From assembly GCA_964016885.1 (NCBI GenBank), contig OZ024743.1, forward strand, positions 245,272,001-245,336,000: a DNA stretch of 64,000 nt, given 5' to 3'. Source of the DNA: Eledone cirrhosa. Its lineage: Eukaryota. Below the pieces are notes generated by a model. That model searched no databases and was not told the origin of the DNA. It saw only the letters and a program-made list of their open reading frames with translations. This document shows, piece by piece, positions 12,668 through 26,195 of this stretch (position 1 is its first letter; each line of letters opens with the position of its first letter). Both the position numbers and the translations under genes were made by a program.

Positions 12668-12925
12668 TATGTATATATACTTCTGTTTTGAATGTTTTGC
12701 AAAATTTCTTATCTGTAAACGTGTTGAAACAGTGTGGATTGGAGGCTGGGGTGGAGATTGGAGAGGTAGGTCAAGGGTGGGGTGATAGGACGCACGCGCA
12801 CACACACACACACACTTTGATGCTACGGGAATGTGAATAAGAAGCTGTAATATTTAATGAGTAATTGCTATGTTGTAATTATTTTTTATTGTGCTTATGG
12901 GGATAACATTTTCTTTATTTTTCAG

Positions 12926-13019
12926 ACTGATACAATTTCAGTTTTGGAAAAGGAACATGATTATAAAGAAGAACATTTTGACTTTATCCAGCAACATTTG
13001 AGGAAATTTTGTTTAAACT
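12926..13019 (+). CDS. DYNC1LI: Dynein LIC exon
   Basis: ttcag acceptor. Encodes [31 protein letters not shown](Y). Ends in phase 1 at a GTATCCTT donor. Confidence 0.96.
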
Positions 13020-14371
13020 GTATCCTTCAACAAAAAACACATTTATCAATGATGTAATTGAGATATTGTGAGATCTTTACACTATTTTATATTTAACTGT
13101 ATTCTAGAACTTAGACTTGTAAACCTGCCTGAGCCCATCCCTCTCCAGATCTGAACATAGCCAGTTTCTTTCAGGAGAAAGGGAGAAGAGGAAAAATGGA
13201 TCCTAGTACTAGACTGGGACTTTATTTATCAACGTCGAAGGATGAAAAGTTAACTTCCCTAGAATTTGAACTCAGAACACAAAGAACCAGAACAGATACT
13301 GTGAGGTGTTATGTCTGATGCTCTAATGATTCTGATAGTCCATTTCCCTAGACTAGTATTTTGTCAATCCCTGGAGAGATGAAAGTTAAATGTGAAATTT
13401 AAACTCAGGATGCTAGGAGCCAGAATAATTACCCCAAGGCATTTTGTTTGATGTTCAAACCTTTCTACCAGTTCACTGTCTATTATGGATATGAACTCCA
13501 TGTTTTTATTTCATAACCAAACACTGTATTCTTACAGTAGTGATAATTGTCTAGCTGCTAAACCTTGTACCATTATGTTAAGGAATTAATATTTTAGTAG
13601 CTTTTTGTTACTTTGCTTTGGTAGGGGGAGATAAGCAAGTATTGATGACTTGTAAAGACATTAAAGCTGGTCAATTTAATTTTCCTCACAAGCTGCCATC
13701 AAAGGATTTGTTGGGTATAATTTCTCACGACTAAATATATTTGTGACAACTCATCCAATGCTTGCTAGCAAGGAAAACGGATGTTAAATGATGACTGTGT
13801 GTGTGTGTATCTAATATTTAAATTAGGTGTCTAGTATGTGTAAGGAACCGGCTGCAATTCAAACTAATGCCTTTAACATCTATTTTCCATGTTTACATGG
13901 GCTAGATTGGCTGTTGTTATGAGGCCTGACAGGTTGGGTGACCATGACTTGCTCATATGATCATTTTTTGGCTGGATGCCCTTCCTAATGCCAACCACCT
14001 TATAGGGTTAATTGAGTGCTTTTCTCATGGTTCCAGTACAACCACCATACAGGTTGAACAGGGTGCTTTTCATTGTGGCACTAGCACTACCACTGTACAG
14101 GATGGGCTAGGCATTCATGGTTTCAATTTAATTGACTTCCTCTCCCTCCAAAATTTCTGGCCTTGTGACTAAATCAGAAACAATTGTTAGTATTATTTAT
14201 GGAGTGCATTTGAATATAAAAATTTATTAATCGTGTTTAAATCTCAGAACCACCAATCCATATTTGCCTAGAAAACTGGAAGACTTTTCCATTATATTTA
14301 CAATAAAATTGTAATTTAACCATGTTGTTTGTGAGAAGATAAGATGCTGTGAAGTTTCTTTAACTGTGAAG
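13020..14371 (+). other. U12-type (minor spliceosome) GT-AG intron
   Basis: The 5' site is GTATCCTTC. The branch site TTTCTTTAAC (14355-14364) lies just before the AG (14370-14371), with no polypyrimidine tract. Splicing restores the codon T|AT (Tyr) of FCLNYGAAL. Confidence 0.9.
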
Positions 14372-14507
14372 ATGGTGCTGCCCTAATATATACGTCTGTG
14401 AAAGAGGAAAAGAACTGTGATCTTTTGTTTAAGTATTTGGTCCACAGGATATATGGATTTTCATTCTCAATGCCTGCATATGTGGTAGAAAAAGATTCTG
14501 TGTTTGT
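14372..14507 (+). CDS. DYNC1LI: Dynein LIC exon
   Basis: Encodes (Y)[44 protein letters not shown](V); gtaagt donor. Confidence 0.96.
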
Positions 14508-15259
14508 GTAAGTGGTTATATTTTTTGTTGGTTTACTATTAAAACCTTTCTAATACTTTTAATACATTTAATGTTATTGATGGAATGTGTAGATCAGCTC
14601 TGATTAGAAAGGGGTGTAGCATATAAATATTCTAATATTTGATGATTTACAAGTTTAGCACAACAGTATGTACTAGCAACAATATGTACTAGCAACCATA
14701 TCCAACTTTGCCCAGATTTTATAAATATAATCACATGAATTATATTTTGGATAAATTGCTTTAACCTGTATTGCACTGCCAGGCCTATATATTGGACATG
14801 ATAATGTGGCCTAAAAATGTAATGCTTTTTTATTTTTGACAATTATCATGTAGTATTTTTGTTCTATAGTAAAAAAGGGTTATAGCACTAAAAGGGTTAA
14901 AATGGTATTTGACATGGATCAAGTTGAGCTTCACAAAAATGTGCAAAAAATATACAAATATAGAACGTAAAATAAAATATATGTATATATTTTTTCATTT
15001 TTCTTTTTTTTTTAGAAACATTTTCTTTTTCAAAACACTACTAATTTACGTAATTACTTTAAATTATTTTCTAATAAGTAGTTTCCATTGCTTGGAGGAA
15101 TTTTTTTTTTTTTTTTTTTTTTGTGGTGGTTGGCTTTCTGTCGGAAGCTAAAAAGAACAAATATTTAAAAAAGTTGTATCGCTTATGACTTACTCTGTGC
15201 AAATTTTCAGCTACCTAGGTGCAAAACTATGGCTTCTTACTTGAGATATATATTTGCAG

Positions 15260-15870
15260 TCATCATCATCATCATCATCATCAGGTTTAGCGTCCGTGTT
15301 CCACGCTTGCATGGGCTTGGACGGGGGTTTTCCCACTTGAGGCAAGAGTGGTTGTCTTGCTCGCATAGGACTGTCTGGCGGGTTTTCTACAGTTGGATGC
15401 CCTTCCTAACACCAACCACATTTACAGTGTGGGGCTGGGAGGTTTTTACCATGTTGCCTACACGGCCACATTACAGCGTGGACTGTCTGGCGGGTTTTCT
15501 ACAGCTGGATGCCCTTCCTAACACCAACCACATTTACAGTGTGGGGCTGGGAGGTTTTTACCGTGTTGCCTACACGGCCACATTTACAGCGTGGACTGTG
15601 TGTTTTTTTGTCGTGACACCTACACGATCTCATTTGTTTCGGCCTGGATGTTGTGGGACCAACATAACTGTACATTGAAAGGGGCGGTGTGGATGGGGTG
15701 GAGGTAGTGGGACGGGGGGGTGTTTTGATAGAGATGCCTACTGACTGTAGTAGGTTTTTACTTTGTATTTAGGTAAGGCGGGTCTTCTCTATTACTGAGT
15801 ACCGCCAAAGGTCTCGGTCCAGTGACATTGTCTTGGAGAGGTGTAAGCGTGTGAGGTCGGAATTTATCAG
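15260..15870 (-). mobile_element. 5'-truncated copy (ORF end and 3' UTR) of the same RTE family, inverted
   Basis: Reverse complement closely matches 11735-12215. (TGA)n tail and a duplicated internal 3' UTR unit. Confidence 0.92.
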
Positions 15871-17253
15871 ATGTTTGTATTTTAATATATTTAAAGACCA
15901 TGGGGAGACAAGAATCCTGACATTACTAACAAATCCCTTTGTTGGAACAACATTGAATTGTTTATTGTAGATCCCAGCTTAGAGCCCTAAGGCAAAGGGC
16001 TAGGGTTTACTAATTATTGGACATCTTGGTAATCTCGCGACTGTCTTGATCAGAGTTTTCCAAACTTTCTACTTTGGTAACACACTTTATAAAAATATTT
16101 TTGTGATACATTAAGTTTTGTTAGCAACACAAAATTGACAAAATTAATAAATGATCTCTTTATAAACAATTAGATATTATTACATTTCACCTGTCACATG
16201 TCACCTAATTGTATGCAATGTTGTCAGATCTCAGATATACTTTACAGCTAAATAAATATTTGCCAACATTGATCAAATTTGACTTAATTTCATGACACAT
16301 CGAGATTATCAGTGGCACAGAGAAAACTGCTGATCTAACTTCAATTGAAATATTTGTATTTTAAAATCTTGTGTGTTGTAATTTATGAAATTTTATCATT
16401 CAGCTTACTTTTTAGTTATAACTTTGCCATATTATCTAATGTTTTAAGTTGAGATGACAATGATATTTTTGAAGGTAGATTCTTGTTGAAATAACTTTAT
16501 AGAATGTTTGTTCATCTAGTGGTTATGTGATAGTGATGTTACCACTCTTGCAAATTTCTGTGACAGTAGATTTTGACTAGAGGACAATGTTTTAAAATTT
16601 AGTTTCTCTTAGCCCTTTTCATACCAAACGATGTGGAACACTCCTGGTCCTACGAAACAAAACTTTGTTTTAAAGTGTTTATATTTATCTAAAATCCTTT
16701 GATCTTAATGTTATGTTATAACCTTCATATTCCAAACACCAACTTAATGAGTTATTTTACTAAATTTTGATTGTTTTTAAAATTAGTTGACAATCCATGG
16801 CAGTATCTTTAATTAGAAATATGACAAAAGGGTTAATGAACAAATTACTAAAAAAAATGAACAAAAGATTGCTTTTAAATCCTAAATTTTCTTATTGTTG
16901 TTATGGTATGTTTTTGACCTGTTGTTAATGTATGTTGGCACAGGATCCTGTTACTTGTTAATTGCTGTTTGATCTTTTGACCCATTTGAATCAATTTCAA
17001 TTAAGTCTGTTTATTGTATAAAACCTAAAGTTGTATCTTAGAACAACAAACAGTTGGATGTATTCCAAAAAACAGCAGTTACTGACAGAAAGTAGCTGGA
17101 CATTTCCTAAGATGTTATTAAACTGTTATCTTTTAACTTAACCTGTATTAAAACAAGAAATCAGTCGTAGTTTAGTAAGACTTTTTTTTTTTATTTATAT
17201 TGATAAATTAAATATGTCTTCCTCATATTTCTTATTCCATTCTCTTAATTTAG

Positions 17254-17365
17254 TCCTGCTGGTTGGGATACAGAAAAGAAAATATCTATTCTAAATGAAA
17301 ATCTTGCAAACATGAAAGCTGAGGACCTGAGCGAAGATATTCCCAGTAAACCAGTTGTAAGAAAG
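17254..17365 (+). CDS. DYNC1LI: Dynein LIC exon
   Basis: tttag acceptor. Encodes [37 protein letters not shown] (conserved PAGWD motif); AAG|gtatct donor. Confidence 0.95.
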
Positions 17366-18949
17366 GTATCTTCAAATATTTACTGACATCATCCTGCTGA
17401 TTTCCATTCTTGCCTCAGTTGGTTAATTTCTCACAGTCTGAGATTAGACAAGTTGGGAGAGGGGTCATGTTTTGTCTATATTTTGCATTTTTGGCATGAT
17501 TTTTACAACTATCATGGCATCAACAATGCCGCTTTACACAGGGTACTGGGTGCATTTCATCATGCACCAGCACCACCCTTTACACATTGTACAGGATGCA
17601 TTTTATCATGAGGCCAACACAAGGGAGGTCATTGTGACAATAGTATCGCACATACAAGGCATTTTATATTCTATTGGTGTTGGCATTTATTGACAATCTG
17701 AAACAATGCTGCCATGCAGTATCTTAAATTAGTTGTATAAAAATCCTAGTTGACAATAAATTCAAATTACTGTATGATGATGATGATCATCATCATTTTA
17801 CATCTACTTTTCATGCTGATATTAGTTGGACAAGTCATCATGGTCTGAGACTAGGCTCACGCATTTCATATTTGGCATGGTTTCTACAGCTGTATGCCCT
17901 TCCTTACTCTACAAAGAGTACTAGGTATATTTTATCATGGCACCATCACTAATTTATAAATGTTTATGGATGTAAAATATTAAAATGCAACACTACATAA
18001 CTACATAGTGGCAAATTAATCTTTCTGTAATTACGAAATCATGAAACTAATAAAGTTGTCTTTTCTTTTTTCTTTTTTTTTCTTTTTTTTTTTACCCTGG
18101 TATGTAGCTCCAAATTTGTTAGAGAAAATGTACAGGATATTTGTTAAATTAGTTGGAATGGCTTTTAATTATTTTATAGTTTCATCATCATCACTACTTT
18201 TATCTTGGTTTTTTCATGCTGGCATTGGTTGAACAAGATTCTTTTTAGACAATTTTCTATGGCCAGGGGCTCTTCCTTATTGTTTTTTTTAAGTAAGGTA
18301 CTTTTTCCATTGAACTTTGCATGTCAAACTTCTGAGCTGTCTAGCATAAACAAACATCGCTGGTTGCTTTAAGTGTTGTCAATATAGACATGCACACACC
18401 ATACACACAGAGGTATTTGCAAGTTTTTGCACAGTTTGTTTACCAATTTCACTCTCAAGATATTGGTTAGTTCATGGCTATCGTAGAAGATACTTGCCAA
18501 AAGTGCTACACAATGGAATCAAACCCCAAATTATATGGTTATGAAAACATTTCTTAGCCACACAACCATGCCTGCAGCTATAGTCTGTAGTTTGGAAAAA
18601 GAAAATGAATAACCTATACATCATTTAATAAATTTACAGATTAGTTAGTATATTGGAAAATCCTTGTTGTCAGAAGTTTTTTTTATAAAACTTGCTACAA
18701 TCACTTTAGCACTTAACATGAAACTGCATTAGCAAAACATTCTCAAAAAGTATAAAACAACACTGGGACTGCATCATATTAAAAATTAGTCTTTTACTCT
18801 AATATTGCACATTTTTACAACTATTTTCTGTCCAATAGTAAAGATACTATCATAAACATTCAAATTAATAAATTTGTTTTTAGAGATTTCCTGCTAAATT
18901 ATTATTAGAAGTTAAGATTTAACTAATTATATTCTATGTATATTTACAG

Positions 18950-19051
18950 CCTATCCAGAAAGATGCAGAAATTGTTGCTGAAGATGAACAAGTCTTTCTT
19001 ATGCGTCAACAAACTCAACTTTCCAGTCAACCTGCCCCAGGTTCTGCCCCG
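18950..19051 (+). CDS. DYNC1LI: Dynein LIC exon
   Basis: tttacag acceptor. Encodes PIQKDAEIVAEDEQVFLMRQQTQLSSQPAPGSAP (conserved AEDxQVFLM); phase-0 donor gtctgt. Confidence 0.9.
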
Positions 19052-20393
19052 GTCTGTAATGTTTTATATATTATGTTTTATAATTCAGTCAACTTACCTT
19101 TTAATATGTTTCCCCCTGCAACAAATGTTTTTCTTTGATATGTTTATTTTCTCCCCCATCACATATAAACATTTTTACTAATAGCATGTTAAGTATGTCG
19201 GAGGTCACCAACCTAACTAATATTGCTTTTGGGGAGCTTTCTTGAGGAAATTATGCAGCAGTAAAGTATCCTATTTTACTGTCAAAACTGAACATTTAGC
19301 TGTACTTTTTTTAATACCAGACTACCAGAAACTGCCCCTGGTTCAATGTTAGAAAACTTTTAAATTGTTTGTATTTATCTAAAAACCGTCCATCATAATT
19401 TTATGTAAGAACCCTTATGTTCAGAGACCAGCTTAAGTTATTTTACTACATCCCTCCAAATTTTTAATTATTTTCAAAATTATTTGAAAATTATAAGCAG
19501 GATCTTTCATAAGAAATATGTTAATGAAAATATAACAGCTTAATTATCCAGTAATTAACGTATCTAAATAATTATTCTTATACGTAATTTTATTCAATAG
19601 AATGGTGTATAACTTAGCCCTGAATAGGCCATTTTCCGTTTTTATAGAATTTATCATTACTTTACATCCACTTTTCTATGCTGACATGGGTTGGACAGGT
19701 TATTACAGACCAAGCTAGTGCTTAGTTGAAGCTACCATCCTAGGCAGACCAGGAAACCTTATCTTACATATATTCCAGTTTTGGCATGGTTTCTATGACT
19801 GGGTGCTCTTCTTAACATCAACTACTTTACAGCATATACTGAGTGCATTTAGGGATATTGTCATGACCTTGGTATGATTATGGAGTCCTCTCAGCCAATT
19901 TATTTTCTTTTTTTGGCATGGTGTAAACATGTGGCCTAATGGTTGGTGTGTTGGGCTTATAATTGATTCCTGCACCTGGTGGCATGTTCTTTTGCTGAGT
20001 AAAACATTTCAATTCACATTGCTCCAGCCAACTCAACTGAAAATTAATATCAGCAACAAGCTGGGGTTAAACTTGCATACCTCCATTATTTAGCCCTTTT
20101 GATACCAAACCACCTGAAATTGCTCCTGGTTTTACAATACAACATTGTTCTAAAATGTTGATATTTTATCTAAAAACCTCTCTTAATTTTATGTAAGAAC
20201 CTTTGCTAAGTGATGCTTGAAACACCTGCTTAATAATAAAAGTTAATTATATTAGTAAATCCCTCGAAATTCTTGATTGTTTTCACAAAAATTTGAAAAT
20301 TATACGTAGTGTCTTTTATTAGAAATGTGGTAATGAAAAGGGAGAGGGTTATTTCCTGTTCTTAACTTTCGGTCCATTTTTATATTCTGCTAG

Positions 20394-20495
20394 GAAACCC
20401 CCATTCGTTCATCAGCAGGTGTCGCTAAGGGATCTCCATCTTCCCGATCATCGCCAGGAGGCACTGGTTCTCCTACTTCAGGATCAGCTAGAAAA
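20394..20495 (+). CDS. DYNC1LI: Dynein LIC exon, Ser/Pro/Gly-rich linker (3' end may be 20501)
   Basis: ctag acceptor. Encodes ETPIRSSAGVAKGSPSSRSSPGGTGSPTSGSARK in the correct phase. There are two in-frame donor candidates: gttcca at 20496 and gtgaat at 20502. Confidence 0.8.
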
Positions 20496-23400
20496 GTTCC
20501 AGTGAATATCACCAATTTTTTCTATCTTTATAATCTACTTTTACTTCTCTAATGTTGAATGAGAGAGAGGGTGTATTGTTTTTAATTGTTTGAAAATTAA
20601 GCATGTACCTTAAATTGCTGCGTACAAGTCGATCTTAAGATTCTTAGATAAAAATTCTGTGTTCAACCTATACCTGCCATATAGGTCGACTCTAAAATAT
20701 ATTATAGAGTAACGAAATTGTCGAAGGGATGTTTTAATTGATCTCTCATGTGTAAAGATTAGCATTTTATCCTAACTGTAGGATTAGAGAGATATTTCAG
20801 ACTTAGAAAAGTCTATTTGTATGCCACAATTTCCTGTATTTATTTCATTTGAAGTGTTTGACATCATTGCTTAACATACTACACATTGTTCTGCCTATAG
20901 GCAGAGGTGATTTCTCAGCAGTTTTCTCTGCCAAAGCTAACATTAAATGTTTCAAATAAGGCTTACCTATGCTCACAATTCTAACATACTGCCTGAAAGG
21001 GTATTTTGATTTTAATTTAACTACATTGACAAACTATTTTCTTTTTATATAAGGTTTTTATTTATTTTTTTTTTTATTTTTTTTTTTCTTGTAAGCTTTT
21101 GATGTGTGTGTGTCCCACTGTTTCAAGCCATTAACAGATAATTTATTTTGAATCACATTTAGTGATTTTTACAGGCTTCCAACTGGCCAATCACTGGTTC
21201 ACTGCATATCTGACAATGAGAATGCCAAGAGAGTGTCTGCAACTCACTGCAGAACTATTATCACATAGGACTTTATTAAAAAACAACCAGTTTTTCAGTT
21301 TATTTTTCTTATTTTTACATGCTTTGCTGGAAGAGGCATACATGGTGGCTGTTGACTTGCTTACAAGTTTGACCACGATTTGTGCTTCCTCCTTTCATCT
21401 TAAGATGCAATGTCTCATTGTCATAGATTCCCATGACAATGAAGGCATGCATTGGCATGGCAAAACCAACACTCCATCTCCCGGACACCAACAGCACTTA
21501 AGTGGATTACACAGCCGCTCAGGCAACCAGAGAGTCATGGCTATTTTCGGTTATGTTATGCTTGTATGCCCTCAGAAGTGGTGGTATTTCACTGTCATAG
21601 ACAAACATGATAACCCAATTACTGCAAAGAAAAGTCCAGCATATGTGTGTAGTTCTATGAAGTCTGAGTCTTGATCGACACTGGAAAAAGAAGTGGGGTG
21701 CAAAAAATACCTGCCTGTCAAATCTTGTCATGGCAAGCACTTGTGCAACATGAGTGCCACTCTCTAAATGCTTGAAAGCATTAAACTAACAAGTTTTAAA
21801 AAAGTAAGATGGTCAAAAACTATAAATACTGTAGGTTTCAAGTAACTGTATGCTATGTTCATACACAGACTATTGGATGGTTTTTGATTCTCCTGAGTTC
21901 ATCCTCCTTGTGACTGGTTTTTGTTTTCATCTTATGAGGTGTCCAAAAATCTTTTTTGCCAAGCAGATTTGAATAGGTTGACAGGCTAACAATGATCCAG
22001 CCATGCAATAGGTTGTACTAGTTTGTTATTAGCAATGCTCAGGAGTAACCTGACATACACAATGGGCTTCTCCATAATTTCTGTTTATCCAATCCTCATT
22101 TTATTGGTAAACCTTAAGCTATGGTAAGAGGTGATTCAAAGTAATGGTGCCAGAAAGGGCATCCCACTGTAAAACTTTGTCTCAAAAAGGACTCCATGAT
22201 GAGTATGAAACCTGTCATGGGGCCCCAAAAGGCCAACCCCTACACTAGCATGAAAAATAGCCTTAAACATTGCCCCTGTTGTGTGGCATCAAGGCTAGAA
22301 CTATGTGGTTGTAAAGTGAACTTAACCACACAGCCATACCTGTTCTATATAACTCACCACATCCACTTCATTTATTTGTTTGGTGTCAGAAATAATATTA
22401 TTAAAGGAAATTATATCTGATTTAGTTTTCAACATTACCAATAGCCAGTGAAATATGTTAAAAATATACTCTATAGGAAATTGACATATTGCCTTATTTA
22501 TCTCATTCCTGTTTTGTTGTTTTTTTTTGTTTACTCTATGATGGATAATATTTATAATGGTACTTTTTCTTTGGTATTGTTAAAAATGATTAAATAAGTG
22601 TTAGATTTGTTTTTTGAGACCATACAGTAGTGCATACATAATTAGATCTTGGTACATTGAACTGAAAGTGACTAGTTTAAAATAACCAACACTGATTTTG
22701 AAGACATGGAACATAGATAAGTGCTACAATATTTTGGTGCCAACATCTCCACTGAAGTGAGGATACTAATGACAAAGTTCAGTGAGTAAATCATTGAAAA
22801 TCAGAAATCTTTTTGTTTTGGAACAGACTAACTTATCTTTTTAATAGAGACATTCCAAATAAGCATTATATCTTGAAAACGTCAGATATTTAAATATTGT
22901 TCTTAGATACATTTGCTATATAGTGTTAAATCTACTTTGGTTTCAAATTCTTTCAATATTATATATAGTCTTTTCAAAATACATTTATATCATAATGGCA
23001 TAAATAAATGAAAATATAAAATACAAAAGGGTGAGGGTAGGGAGAAATGGGGAGCAGTAAACTACGCCCTTGGGTGGACAGACTAGATGGCAAAAGCATA
23101 GCAACGGAGAACAGCCAGTGGTGCCCTCATTTCAATTTTGTGAAGGAAGAGAGCAATCTGAAGGTCAAAGACATAAAGTCTCAGTGAAGACCAGCACAAA
23201 AAGGAAACAGTTAATCAATGCCTGGTATTTAGTTATCTTGTGCTCCTCTGTGTTGCAGTTAGCGGTGCCCAGGTTTATGGCTAAAGTGATTAGTTTGGCA
23301 CTAGGGAGTTGCAATATGCATCTCTATTGAGTGACTTACATTATACAGTAGATGTAAAATCTGTTATGGATCTGAATTCCTTCAGTATTGTAGATGTAGC

Positions 23401-24672
23401 TATTGTGGTTCTGAAAATAAAAACATCTGATAATTTACTTTCTTGAGGAATGATTATTGTCATTGTTACTGTGTAAGAATGTTAGCTTTTGACTGAAATT
23501 TCCTTAGTAAACTATACTAAGGTGTTTTGTAATTTTAAAATGTTTACTGAGGATAATTAAGACAACTAGCTGATGCAGTGATACATTGAAGAAATATTAC
23601 AGAAATACTGTTATGATAATTAGATAAAGCCTTAGTGGTCACTCAATATGTGAAATATTTGATTTTATGGTGTGAATGTGTGTGTATATATATATAAATA
23701 TATGTATGTATCTATATTAGGGTGTACCACATGAAATGTATTTTAAAGGACTAAGAAAACACATAAATGGGATTAAACAAATTTGATCAGAATATGCCCC
23801 ATTATGTTCAATAATCTTTCAGAAATGTGATGTTAAATTAGATATTTTTATTTTAAAAACACTGTCTTTTGAGTCTTTGAACTGCTGAAGTGTTTCAATT
23901 AAGAATTCTTGATTCACAATTGTTTTGTTACATCTAAATTGACACAAGCATGGCTCAAAGTTTGCTTTGAAACCATGAGGTCTCAGGTTCAGTCGCATTG
24001 CAAGTGTCATTACCCTAGCCTCAGGTCGACCCAAGCCTTGCGAGTGAAATTGGGTAGGTGCAAACTGTATGGAAGATCATCAGATGGATTGTCTGTAAGT
24101 CGTTTCAGCCTCGTCACATCATCACACTAATCCAACTTGGAAATTATGTTATGGACGAGTTGGGTGTTTGGTTGATCGAACAACTGAATGCTCATCGTTA
24201 AAACCGATAGAGGATCCATCATTGCATGTACAAATAATCCTTATTGTTTGAAAAAATGGTAATCTGTTGGAAGATATATAAGTTTAGTGTGGCAATATTT
24301 TATTTTTTCCTGCTTGGTCACTTTCTTATCTGTATAAGTTTACAGTAATTGCTTCCCCTTGTTCGAAAAACAGAACAGTGGATTATGCCTTCTGCTCTAA
24401 CCACCATGTAATCACTGTAACTTACATCGGGTGCAGCATTTGCTTTAGAAACTGTTTTGAAGATTTTTCTGCAACTAATAATTGCCCTGATTGTTTATTA
24501 TTGTTAAACAATATCCAAGTAATGATATAGGGGAAAATAAAGGCTCAATTTTATTGCTGATTAGCATTGCTGAACACACCTCAATGTAACATTATTCCAA
24601 TGGTTCATAAATGCAGTTATAGGAAATAATTGCCAAGTTTGCAAGTTGTTGAACTGTTCTTTAATAGTTTCT

Positions 24673-24867
24673 TTACTCTGGTTCTTTTATTTGGTTTCCT
24701 TTGTGACTTTGAAGGCTCTTGTCTCCAGATTGAAGTTTCAGAAACCACCTCTGTACCATTTGTAGGTTAACATAACTCTCACCTAATGTCAAATGGAATC
24801 TTTTTGTAGCTTCATTTGCAATATGTCCTAATTTGATACAGCAACACAATAAGTGTTTTAAGGCCAT
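24673..24867 (-). pseudogene. Mariner transposase N-terminal HTH relic
   Basis: LGHIANEATKRF...LGESYVNLQMVQRWFLKLQSGDKSL resembles the Mos1/Hsmar HTH pattern (GHNAxEAxRNI...VSxRTVQRWFxKFRSGDxSL). Confidence 0.75.
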
Positions 24868-25361
24868 TTTCTATTCACAGCTGCAGAGATTAGCCTTGCA
24901 GGCTCTATGATGCATCTTTTCTGAGGCAATATTTTACAGCTGGATTTCCTTCCTGGTGTCACCTTACCACACACAAGGGGATATGGTGTACTTTGGCAGG
25001 TGTAAGAAATAAAGAAAAGTCTTCTAATTTGATCTCCAATAAAAAAAAAAATTGTACTATTTCAATCATCCTCTTATCAAGGGGAACAAAATTAATCTTA
25101 CAGGACAAACACCAACTGGAAAGTAAAGTGAAATGAATATAAAAGCCAAATAATACAAAATGTATTAAACTGTAATCTACTTTCTCTAATATTATCATAA
25201 CTTAAAATTGGTTTATAACAAAACACGATATTTCATGGGTTACTCCCTAATATGAATATAATAATGTTTCCAATTGTAAAACTGTCAGTATGTAGTATGT
25301 TGCAGACATTTTACTAAAACTTCTCTTTGTCTCTCTGCTAATTCTTTGATCTATATTTCAG

Positions 25362-25452
25362 CTTGATTCCAAAACAGCTGGTACTGAAGGGATGTTGGCT
25401 AATTTCTTTAACAGTCTTCTCAGCAAGAAAACAGAGGCAGGTAACAAATCAG
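25362..25452 (+). CDS. DYNC1LI: Dynein LIC exon with the adaptor-binding helix-1
   Basis: tttcag acceptor. Encodes LDSKTAGTEGMLANFFNSLLSKKTEAGNKS (conserved EGxLANFFNSLLSKK). Donor gtaaat, with an alternative same-phase donor at 25441. Confidence 0.95.
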
Positions 25453-25856
25453 GTAAATGGATATTACATTATTCCATATTTTGACTTTTACTAATGCATT
25501 CATTATGGCAGCAAATTCGCAGAATCATTAGAATGTTGCTATTTTTATAAAGTTCTCTGCACTCCAAGTTCAAATCCCGTTGAGGTCGACATTGCATTTC
25601 GCCCTTTTCGATTGGTCGAATTGTTAGAGATGGACAGGATTCCTTATGGTATCTGATCCAATTTTGTGCATTTTGAGTTGAAATACTGTCTCCCCTGCTG
25701 TTAGGAGTTGCAACCAGCAGATAGTATTAGCAGTGAGAAGACCAATGGGAACTTAATTTCCTTGGTTAAATTTGAGGATAAGTTCCTTTCCTTGCTTTTT
25801 ATTCATTTGCTGAGTCTTCATGCTATATGTTTAGTTTGTGGTTATTAACAATTAAG

Positions 25857-26195
25857 AGGCACGTGGCTTAGTTGTTAGAGCATTGGCTTTGCAATCGAAA
25901 GGTTGTGAGTTCAATTCTCAGACTGGGTGATGTGTTGTTTCCTTGAGCAAGACACTTTATTTCACATTGCTCCAGTTTACTCAGCTGTAGAAATGAGATG
26001 ATAGGGACTGGGATCCATATCATTCCACTGCAAAGTGGTTGTGGAGGTGCCACAGCAAAAAAAAAGCACCCAGCACTCACTGTAAATGAGGTTGGTGTTA
26101 GGAAGGGCATCCAGCTGTAGAAATCAAGCCAGAATCAGTTCCCGTCCCACCCTTGCAAGCAGGGAAAAGCGGACGTAAAAATGAAATGAAAATGA
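25857..26195 (+). mobile_element. tRNA-derived CORE-like SINE with RTE-type 3' tail
   Basis: A box TGGCTTAGTTG, B box GTTCAATTC and the same head and core as 309-693. Its tail ggttggtgttaggaagggcatccagctgtagaaa is shared with the RTE 3' UTR. Confidence 0.85.

Noticed and set aside
17366-18949. Second U12 intron (donor GTATCTTC)
   Set aside because: The donor lacks the CC, there is no TCCTTAAC-type branch site near the acceptor, and the acceptor is an ordinary U2 type.
25857-25930. tRNA gene
   Set aside because: A and B boxes are present, but the sequence continues into SINE core and tail and is multi-copy. It is a SINE head.
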